From positions 1 to 41,932 of the forward strand of contig JAFUEM010000016.1 of assembly GCA_017463935.1 (NCBI GenBank): a stretch of DNA of 41,932 nucleotides, read 5' to 3'. The notes under the pieces were generated by a model, which saw only the letters and a list, made by a program, of their open reading frames with translations, did no database searches and was not told where the DNA came from. Made by a program: the position numbers and the translations under genes. Below are positions 17,599-25,168 of this stretch, in pieces. Numbering within the stretch: the first letter of the stretch is position 1; every line of letters begins with the position of its first letter. This DNA is from Kiritimatiellia bacterium. GTDB lineage: Bacteria; Verrucomicrobiota; Kiritimatiellia; RFP12; UBA1067.

Positions 17599-17910
17599 AT
17601 GGTTTTGGCAGAGCTAATCTGGCTTGTTCTTGCGACAGCAGGAGCTGTATGCGGCGGAGGGTGGCCGTTTTTGCTCTTTGCCGTCAACATTGGTGTGTTG
17701 CTTCTGTTCGGTTGCGACAAGCGAGCTGCTATAAAACGTCTGCCTCGAATTCCAGAAAAGGAACTTTTGTTTTGGACGGCGTTGGGAGGGTCTGCCGGTG
17801 CTATGATAGGGATCCTGCTCTTTAAGCACAAAAGCTCCAAATGGTCGATGACAGGCTGGGTTGTAATCCTGTTTGTATTTCATTGCGCATTGCTTGCATA
17901 CCTTGCATAG
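17599..17910 (+). CDS. DUF1294 family membrane protein
   Basis: SD AAGGAG. FGCDKRAA...RIPEKELLFWTALGGSAGAMIGILLFKHKSSK matches the DUF1294 consensus. Confidence 0.85.
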   Translation: MVLAELIWLVLATAGAVCGGGWPFLLFAVNIGVLLLFGCDKRAAIKRLPRIPEKELLFWTALGGSAGAMIGILLFKHKSSKWSMTGWVVILFVFHCALLAYLA

Positions 17911-17923
17911 AAAGGAGAGCGTC

Positions 17924-19717
17924 ATGTCTGAAGTATTGATAAAGCGGTTACAAGATGGAGATAAAAAGTTATTGAAACGTCTTCTTGATTCGCAGCGTGA
18001 ACTGCATGGGTTTTATTCTGTCAAAGCATTGTCTAGTGGCGCGGAAATTCAAAAAGTGTGGACGATGGATAAGGCCAAAGATGCTTTAAGTCGAAATAGG
18101 TTGTATCAGGTTTTATCAACCGAATTTGTTTGCGAGTATGTAGAACGTAATTGGGAAGATTGCGATGTGTCAATACGGTTGCGGTTGCAAATATATCCTG
18201 AAGGCGAAGGGTTTGCCAGATGGCTTTTGTGCAATCGTGATTCGTGGAACGCTGATGCCACAATGATATTTGCGCCAGCGCTGGAAGCTGCATTGCAAAC
18301 TGATGCCCAGTATGGATTGTCATCTTATGTCCGTTCGTGTCGGCATAAGACCAAACTTGAGCGACTGAGAGAAATGGGAGCAGATGCGTGGCCATGGCAA
18401 GGTACTGAATTCTTACGCGCCAAGTGGCTTGGAGTCGTTGATGTAGAAGAGGTGCGTGTCACTTCGCACGAACCGATTAAGCGGCCTATTGTCGTTTGTG
18501 AAGGTGCAATTCTGAACGGACAATATAAGCTTATCCGAAAACTAGGACAAGGTGGAATGGGCGAGGTATGGTTGTCTGAAGACATCTATTGGGAGAAGGA
18601 CGGAGAAGAGAAGGAGAAATTTGCCATCAAGGTTCTTTTGCCGACTCTCGACAGGGATGTGCGCGAACGGATAAAGCATGAAGCGGCCATGCAGAAGAAA
18701 CTGAAGCATGATAATATTGCCTGCATCCGCAATTGCCATATAGATGAGGGCAATTCGTTTCTAGTCATAGACTATATAGACGGTCTCACGTTGTCAGATT
18801 ATCTTGAAAAGCGGGGAGGTTGCCTTTCTCCGGAGAAAGCGAAGAAAATTCTTCTACCAATAGCAAAGGCCATAGATTTCGCACATGAAAAGGGAGTCGT
18901 TCACCGTGATATTAAGCCAGACAACATTATGGTTGAGACGGGGGATGATGGAGTGGAAACGCCGTATATTCTTGATTTTGGACTTGCAAGACGATCATCC
19001 GTATCCCGCAGGGTATCAGTCTGTGGAACCGAACCTTACATGCCGCGTGAGCTATTACTGGAAGATGATGATGTCCTTAATTCGGCCGAAGTGCTACGCA
19101 AGATAGATGTTTATAGTTTTGCCGTAACAGCGTACCAGTGCTTAACGGGCAATCTACCTTTTATAAACAGAAAAGAGATTCTTGATTTAAGCATACAACC
19201 AGTGCCATTAGGTGACGAAGTGATATATGGCAGGAGTATCATGCAGGGTTTGAGCAAGGATCCAAATCTCCGTCCTAAAAGGTGCGTGGAACTATTGAAT
19301 GCACCTCAACGCAAGCCGCAACCGCCACCACCTGATGAAGTTGTTCTTTCGTGGGAAGAAATCGTGCGCGATTACCAAGATATGCTTAAGGCTTGCGATA
19401 TGTTTGACAAATGGCAGATGATTGAGAGAGCTCATGTCGTAAGCCGCAATTTACGAACGGGTGACGTGCGGATTCTTTCGGTAAGCGCGTTCCTTGACTT
19501 TTTGACGAAGATGCCGACGTTTGTCTCTTTGGTTAAAACAAAAAACAAGGCTAGAACGCCACGTTACAATCTAGAATGCTGGTTTACGGCGGTAAAACGA
19601 TGGAACGACCAAAGCAAAAGGGATGAGCTTCGGTCAGAGTTTGGAGAAGCGAAATTCGCCGTGTTGGACGCTATATACAACAGCATCACTAAAACAAATG
19701 AGGAGGAATGGACATGA
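17924..19717 (+). CDS. Hanks-type Ser/Thr protein kinase with N-terminal SPFH-like domain and unknown C-terminal domain
   Basis: LGQGGMGEVW, AIKVL, HRDIKPDNI, DFGLA, GTEPYMPRE, DVYSFAV. No TM seen. The N-terminal 190 aa are homologous to the N-terminus of 25169..27715. Confidence 0.9.
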   Translation: MSEVLIKRLQDGDKKLLKRLLDSQRELHGFYSVKALSSGAEIQKVWTMDKAKDALSRNRLYQVLSTEFVCEYVERNWEDCDVSIRLRLQIYPEGEGFARWLLCNRDSWNADATMIFAPALEAALQTDAQYGLSSYVRSCRHKTKLERLREMGADAWPWQGTEFLRAKWLGVVDVEEVRVTSHEPIKRPIVVCEGAILNGQYKLIRKLGQGGMGEVWLSEDIYWEKDGEEKEKFAIKVLLPTLDRDVRERIKHEAAMQKKLKHDNIACIRNCHIDEGNSFLVIDYIDGLTLSDYLEKRGGCLSPEKAKKILLPIAKAIDFAHEKGVVHRDIKPDNIMVETGDDGVETPYILDFGLARRSSVSRRVSVCGTEPYMPRELLLEDDDVLNSAEVLRKIDVYSFAVTAYQCLTGNLPFINRKEILDLSIQPVPLGDEVIYGRSIMQGLSKDPNLRPKRCVELLNAPQRKPQPPPPDEVVLSWEEIVRDYQDMLKACDMFDKWQMIERAHVVSRNLRTGDVRILSVSAFLDFLTKMPTFVSLVKTKNKARTPRYNLECWFTAVKRWNDQSKRDELRSEFGEAKFAVLDAIYNSITKTNEEEWT

Positions 19718-20793
19718 AAATCAATCTTGCGATATGGACAGCCGTGGATGGCTACGATTGGCAACCCGGAAGCATTTATTCTCCAAAGGAACTTGCGGAC
19801 TTTAAGGACGAAATAGGGCCGCTCGTTCCTGACTCACTTCCGATCGGCGGGTTGTTTCTCAAGGATGGCACAGTGGTGTTCTACCGGGTCCAGATTGCGG
19901 ATCGAATGGACTCCCATGGGCGCGGCGCAATCTATTGTGTCCTTGGTACCTTGCCAGAGGACAAGGCCGGTGACGTAGATTTCTCTGTTGTGTTTAATTC
20001 GCCTGAAATGGCCGTCCCGAAGAAACCGTTTCCCTTGTCCATCGACTATCAAGGTGGACCGTCAACACACAACACATCATTGGGGCGAGACGGATTCTCG
20101 GAGAGACGCTTCAACGGTACGGATACATTCTGCGAACTGGGCGGATGGTGTAACGAAGCGAAGGCTGGTAAACTCAAAGTACGGATAACAGGAACGATGG
20201 ACGCCCCTCTGTTCGTAGTTGACTACAAGCCTCATGTCGAACCCGTTGTCGAGCCGCCAAAGCCGCCGCCGCAACCGTTTTATATGGCAGCGAGTGAACA
20301 GCAACAGCCACCGTCGTCGCTGCATCTGCACAAGCGAGTCTCGACGTCGCCGTCTTCGTGGCCAGAACCGGAGATGCCGAATCAGCAGAATCGGGCGAGC
20401 ATGTCTGCCAGCACAGCGCTAGCTCGCCCACAAGACGGTCTCAAGGCGTTTTGCAGCGGAGCGATTCTTGGTTTTGTAGGTGGAGTTTTTTTAACGGCAC
20501 TTGTAGTCTGGCTATGGCCGTCCACAAAAGTTGAGAAGTCGCCAGACGGAACGGCTTCTGTTCTTTCAATGAAAGGTGATGATGCGGTAAATGTCCGGAA
20601 ACAGAAGGAGCATAAAGATGGCGATGTAAGAATTCCGTCAGACGATGGCCGGCGAAGCGATGCCATGAATGAGTCTCCAAAGAACCAATGGTATAAGTGT
20701 CCAGGTTGCAAGGGCGCGGGTCGTGTTCGTTCTTTCCGTGGATATGTCACGTGCACAGAATGCAATGGAATGGGGAAAGTTGCAATGCCATGA
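19714..20793 (+). CDS. Single-pass membrane protein: GAP1-N-like N-terminal domain, Pro-rich linker, TM, DnaJ-type zinc finger
   Basis: ATGA overlap with the kinase stop. RMDSHGRGAIYCVLG motif, PPKPPPQP linker, TM AILGFVGGVFLTALVVWLWP, CPGCKGAG and CTECNGMG. Confidence 0.6.
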   Translation: MKINLAIWTAVDGYDWQPGSIYSPKELADFKDEIGPLVPDSLPIGGLFLKDGTVVFYRVQIADRMDSHGRGAIYCVLGTLPEDKAGDVDFSVVFNSPEMAVPKKPFPLSIDYQGGPSTHNTSLGRDGFSERRFNGTDTFCELGGWCNEAKAGKLKVRITGTMDAPLFVVDYKPHVEPVVEPPKPPPQPFYMAASEQQQPPSSLHLHKRVSTSPSSWPEPEMPNQQNRASMSASTALARPQDGLKAFCSGAILGFVGGVFLTALVVWLWPSTKVEKSPDGTASVLSMKGDDAVNVRKQKEHKDGDVRIPSDDGRRSDAMNESPKNQWYKCPGCKGAGRVRSFRGYVTCTECNGMGKVAMP

Positions 20794-22958
20794 AGAAGGT
20801 GGCAATAGTCGGGGTCAAGGGTAGCGGCAAGACCGTCCTCATGGCGGTCATGGGGGATCGTTATCGTAAGCCGAGAGAAGATGGACTATTTCTGTATGCG
20901 AAAAGCCGTGCGACCATTAACTATTGCAATGAACAGATTAATCAGCTACGCAATGAGGGCGCATGGCCAGATGCGACTGCACCTGATGAACTTGTTGATC
21001 TAGAATGGACGCTTTTCCGGCGTTCCGGCGGTGGCGTAAAGCCTGAAAAAGTTTGCGAAATTTCTTTTCTCGACTTTGCAGGTGAGATATATAATCTCGC
21101 CTTTGACGATGCGGTAGATGAGGATTCGCAACGAAAGAGAAGGTCTTACAGCGCACAGATTGAAGCACTTAAGTCGCATTTGCGTGATGCCGAATCCACG
21201 ATAGTGCTCGTGAACCTTGATGATATCATACGTTCGCAGGGGGTCGCTAAAGAGGCGACGGAGATGGAGTGGTTGTCTCAAAAGATATTCGAGTTCGTTT
21301 TTGCCGAAACGTCAGCACGGCGAGTCGCCATTGTCTTTACTCAGAAGGATTTATATGCCAATATCATCTCGAAGTACGGCGGACTTGACGGCGTTTTTGC
21401 AGAGTACCTTCCCGCGGTATTCTATCGGCATGAATCGCAGATAAAACCTTTTGCCTTGACTGCCGTAAACAAGACGATTCCCGGCTTGGATGGGGTATTA
21501 ATACCAGATCCCAAATTCGAGTCGGAAGGATTGGAAGAATTGATGTTGTGGATTGCCGATAGTAAGAGCATTCATGACACTGAACGTCTCCGTGCCAACA
21601 GAGCTAAGTTTGTAGTTGCAGACAAGTGTGAGATTGCCGAAACTGGTGATTTTGTGGAGATTGATTACGCGGGATTTATTGACGGCAAACCGATAGTTGA
21701 GAAATTTCCAGATGCAGCGACTTTGGCGGAAGGACAGGGCCTTTGGATACAGATTGATGAGGGATGCTTTATTCCTGAAATACTAGGCGCTGTGGAGGGC
21801 ATGAAGGTCGGTGAAACAAAATCCGACGTCAATGTAAAGTTCAACAAATACGGCGTACCAGATTCGCTTAAAGGCAAGAACGCTGTATACGTCGTTACAC
21901 TTAAAGGGTTACGTCGCCGTGTTTTTCCGACAGATACGGAAGTCGCTACGCGAAAGAAAGTTGAGAGTTTTGATGAGAATAAGAATGAAATTCATGAGCC
22001 GTCTGAACAGAATTTTACATTGAGGAAGAGCGGCGAGGAGAAGACATTGATATTGCCAGGCGGGGCGAGGATGGATATGATCTACGTCGTGCCAGGATCG
22101 TTTATGATGGGAAGTCCGCTATTAGAGTGGGGACGAGATTGGGACGAGAAGCGTCATAAAGTGGTTTTAACCAAGGGCTATTGGCTTGGCAAGTATGAAG
22201 TCACGCAGGAACAATGGCAGAGTGTAATGGGCGGAAACCCGTCGTCCTTCAAGTGTGGGCGAAATCCTGTCGAAATGGTTTCTTGGGATGACTGCCAACA
22301 ATTCATTCAGAAGGTCAATGCGCAATTGAACTGTGGTGCAAGACTGCCGACAGAGGCCGAGTGGGAATTCGCCTGTCGTGCTGGGACATCATCTGCCTAT
22401 TATTGGGGCACTGCGCTCAATGGTAACGCGGCTAACTGCGACGGGAATTATCCACGTGGAACAAGAGAAAAAGGCCCTTGCAAACAACAGACAACACCCG
22501 TTGGTAGTTACACGGCGAATGCATGGGGCTTCTACGATATGTCTGGCAATGTCTGGGAGTGGTGTAATGATTGGTATGGAAGCTACAGCAGCAATGAGAT
22601 TGACCCACAGGGGCCAATATTTGGGTCGAGTCGAGTGCTGCGTGGAGGTTGCTGGTTTAGCCCTGCAGAATTTAGTCGCTCCTCGTGTCGTCGTAACGAT
22701 TCTCCAGATAGTCGATCTTCATGTCAGGGATTTCGACTGTGTTGCTCACAAGAATATAATTTCGATGAAAAAGGACAGACTGATACAATAAATGAAACAG
22801 AACAGTCTGCGCCCTATGGTGAAGAGTCTTTTGCTACAGTAGAATTGCAAAGACAGAAAAAGGGTGAATCTGAAGGCATAAATTTCTGGGAAACATTGAA
22901 ATTCATTATAGGAATTATGATTGTTGCTGTAGTTCTCTATTTCTCCTTCTGCAAATAA
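20790..22958 (+). CDS. TRAFAC-class GTPase fused to trigger-factor-like FKBP domain, FGE-sulfatase (SUMF1-like) domain and C-terminal TM
   Basis: G1 GVKGSGKT, G2 WPDAT, G3 DFAGE, G4 TQKD, G5 TAV. FKBP-like GDFVEIDYAGFIDG...FIPEILGAVEGMKVGE. FGE motifs FMMGS, YEVTQEQW, RLPTEAEWEFACR, YDMSGNVWEWC, RGGCW, GFRL. Confidence 0.85.
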   Translation: MKKVAIVGVKGSGKTVLMAVMGDRYRKPREDGLFLYAKSRATINYCNEQINQLRNEGAWPDATAPDELVDLEWTLFRRSGGGVKPEKVCEISFLDFAGEIYNLAFDDAVDEDSQRKRRSYSAQIEALKSHLRDAESTIVLVNLDDIIRSQGVAKEATEMEWLSQKIFEFVFAETSARRVAIVFTQKDLYANIISKYGGLDGVFAEYLPAVFYRHESQIKPFALTAVNKTIPGLDGVLIPDPKFESEGLEELMLWIADSKSIHDTERLRANRAKFVVADKCEIAETGDFVEIDYAGFIDGKPIVEKFPDAATLAEGQGLWIQIDEGCFIPEILGAVEGMKVGETKSDVNVKFNKYGVPDSLKGKNAVYVVTLKGLRRRVFPTDTEVATRKKVESFDENKNEIHEPSEQNFTLRKSGEEKTLILPGGARMDMIYVVPGSFMMGSPLLEWGRDWDEKRHKVVLTKGYWLGKYEVTQEQWQSVMGGNPSSFKCGRNPVEMVSWDDCQQFIQKVNAQLNCGARLPTEAEWEFACRAGTSSAYYWGTALNGNAANCDGNYPRGTREKGPCKQQTTPVGSYTANAWGFYDMSGNVWEWCNDWYGSYSSNEIDPQGPIFGSSRVLRGGCWFSPAEFSRSSCRRNDSPDSRSSCQGFRLCCSQEYNFDEKGQTDTINETEQSAPYGEESFATVELQRQKKGESEGINFWETLKFIIGIMIVAVVLYFSFCK

Positions 22959-22968
22959 GAATAAATTT

Positions 22969-25029
22969 ATGAAAACAATGAGAAAAGTGGCGATAGTTGG
23001 GGTTGAAGGCAGCGGTAAGACCGTCTTGATGTCTGTCATGGGCGACAAGTACGAATCGCCAGACATCAATGGTGTATTCCTCCAGCCAATGAACCGTGAA
23101 ACCTATTCGTACTACACGAAGGAGACGGCAAAGTTGCGAGACGGCAAGTGGCCGCTTGCAACGGAAAGCATTGTCTTGGAATTGGATTGGATGCTGATGA
23201 GGCAATCGAGTTCTGATGCGCATCAAGAAAAACTTGGACAGATTTCTTTTCTCGATTTTGGCGGTGAGGTCTATAGGATCGCTTTTGCCGACAAATCGCA
23301 GCAAGAATTGAATGCCATAGAGGAACAGAGGCGAAACGCGGCAGAGCGTCTTAGGGCGCATGTGCAGGATGCGGATGTGTTGATTGTCCTCATCAACCTA
23401 AGTGATATCATTAATGGTAAGCAAGGGGAAGATCGGACAATTGAGATGAATTGGCTTTCGCAGGCGATATTATCATACGCTTACGAAAAAGCGGGAAAAA
23501 CCAATGTCGCGCTTGTGTTCACGCAGACGGACTTGTACGCCCCCACGATAGAAAAATGCGGAGGATTGCGCGGTACTCTTGCTGCTTGCATGCGTACTGT
23601 CAATTCAAGATATGGGAACCGACTTTCGCTCTTTTCTGTTTCTGCGGTGAAGTCGGTTCCTTCTCGCGATGGCACTGGCGCTCAAGTTCCAATACCCGAT
23701 TTTAAGCCGCAGGGTCTTGAACAGTTAATTGGATGGATAGTGGAGGGCATAGACGAAGAGCGTAATAGACGTGAAGCGGATTGCGCTGCTGTAGCTAGGG
23801 ATGAAGAAAAGAGGCGTAAAAGATGGAAAATTGCCGCTGGGCTGATAGGACTATTAGGGATTTTAGGGTTTGGATCATGGATTGGCTACAATGCCAACAC
23901 AGACTTAAAGAACTTCATTGATGGACACTTGATGGCTTGGGGTTGGATGCACCAAGAGGCACCTGCCACATCTGAATCGCGTCCTGTTGTTGTGTCAGCA
24001 AAGCCTGTTGAAATATCGACAAATGTTGTGCCGGTGCAGACAAAGCCGCCGACCGTAACTCCAGACCCTCCGAAACCCAAACCAAGGTGGATAGTGGGAG
24101 CAAGTAATCCGAACAACCCTAATCTTATTGCTGGTGAGAGCCGCGACACTTGGGTCGCAAACAGACCGGGTTATGTTTGGGTCAGAGGAACGGACAGGGA
24201 CGAGTGGAAACAGGGGTTGCGCCATCCTGAAAACTCTAAACTTGTGTCTGATTGGAAAGAGGGCACGTGGAAGTCAACGCAGGCTGGGTATGTTTGGACA
24301 GGAGGCAATCAGACCGAATGGCGTGAAAATTTGAAACATCCCGATTGGCCGCATGTCCTTTCAAGCCCCGAAGAGAACAATTGGCACGCAGAGGAAGGAT
24401 ACAAGTGGGTTGACCCAGATGCGAAAAATGATTTCTCTGTGGCATGGAACCCAGGCAAGATTATAAATGGAAGGAAAACAGCATCGTCTCCTGGTCAATG
24501 GCTGAAAAAGTGTTCTGCGTGTAATGGGCGCGGAAAAAAGGACTGTTGGAAATGTGATGGTGACGGTAGGATCAATTGCACTAGTTGTAGTGGTTCTGGT
24601 AGGGTTGAGACAACGGAATCTGAAAAATGCTGGATGTGTAATGGGCGGGGACGGATAACCGAAAGTTGTTCCAACTCTGATTGCATAATCTGGCCGAATC
24701 CTTTAAATCCCCACTATGGCAAACATTGTGAGATATGCTCACTTTGCGAAGGGAATGGCGGTCGCTTTGTTCCTGGTCCATGGGGGCCGGTAGCCGTGAA
24801 CTGTACGGCTTGTGTTGGAGGAGTGCGAAGATTATGTCCTACATGTGGCGGTGATAACAAGGTGATTGTTGATTGCAATAATTGCGACAATGGCTATCGC
24901 ACACGACAAACTACGAAGAAATGCTCTGACTGTTCTGGGCGTGGTACGGTTATCTGCCCACGTTCGGAATGCCACAGCGGAAAAGTCTCATGTTCCTCAT
25001 GCAACGGTGATGGTTGGATTGCTGAGTGA
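22969..25029 (+). CDS. TRAFAC-class GTPase fused to TM, Trp-rich repeats and multiple CxxCxGxG zinc fingers
   Basis: G1 GVEGSGKT, WPLAT, DFGGE, TQTD, SAV; paralog of the previous gene. TM about 23824-23889. Seven perfect CxxCxGxG motifs from 24511. Confidence 0.85.
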   Translation: MKTMRKVAIVGVEGSGKTVLMSVMGDKYESPDINGVFLQPMNRETYSYYTKETAKLRDGKWPLATESIVLELDWMLMRQSSSDAHQEKLGQISFLDFGGEVYRIAFADKSQQELNAIEEQRRNAAERLRAHVQDADVLIVLINLSDIINGKQGEDRTIEMNWLSQAILSYAYEKAGKTNVALVFTQTDLYAPTIEKCGGLRGTLAACMRTVNSRYGNRLSLFSVSAVKSVPSRDGTGAQVPIPDFKPQGLEQLIGWIVEGIDEERNRREADCAAVARDEEKRRKRWKIAAGLIGLLGILGFGSWIGYNANTDLKNFIDGHLMAWGWMHQEAPATSESRPVVVSAKPVEISTNVVPVQTKPPTVTPDPPKPKPRWIVGASNPNNPNLIAGESRDTWVANRPGYVWVRGTDRDEWKQGLRHPENSKLVSDWKEGTWKSTQAGYVWTGGNQTEWRENLKHPDWPHVLSSPEENNWHAEEGYKWVDPDAKNDFSVAWNPGKIINGRKTASSPGQWLKKCSACNGRGKKDCWKCDGDGRINCTSCSGSGRVETTESEKCWMCNGRGRITESCSNSDCIIWPNPLNPHYGKHCEICSLCEGNGGRFVPGPWGPVAVNCTACVGGVRRLCPTCGGDNKVIVDCNNCDNGYRTRQTTKKCSDCSGRGTVICPRSECHSGKVSCSSCNGDGWIAE

Positions 25030-25049
25030 CAATTTTAACAGGAGATTTG

Positions 25050-25121
25050 ATGAGCAATGTTGCTATAGTGGGAGTTGAGCAAAGCGGCAAGACCGCGCTC
25101 ATGACTTCATGGGGATGCTAG
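25050..25121 (+). pseudogene. Remnant of a third GTPase paralog (G1 motif only)
   Basis: SD AGGAG, then MSNVAIVGVEQSGKTALMTSWGC-stop. Matches the N-termini MKKVAIVGVKGSGKTVLMAVMG and MRKVAIVGVEGSGKTVLMSVMG. Absent from the ORF track. Confidence 0.85.
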
Positions 25122-25168
25122 TGCAAAGAAATGAAAAGTCACTTGGAGCTAATTCGGGAGATATTGCC

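Noticed and set aside
22048-22750. FGE-sulfatase (C-type-lectin fold) domain as a diversity-generating retroelement target
   Set aside because: No reverse transcriptase and no second, adenine-variant copy of the C-terminal region in the window. A remote DGR cannot be excluded.
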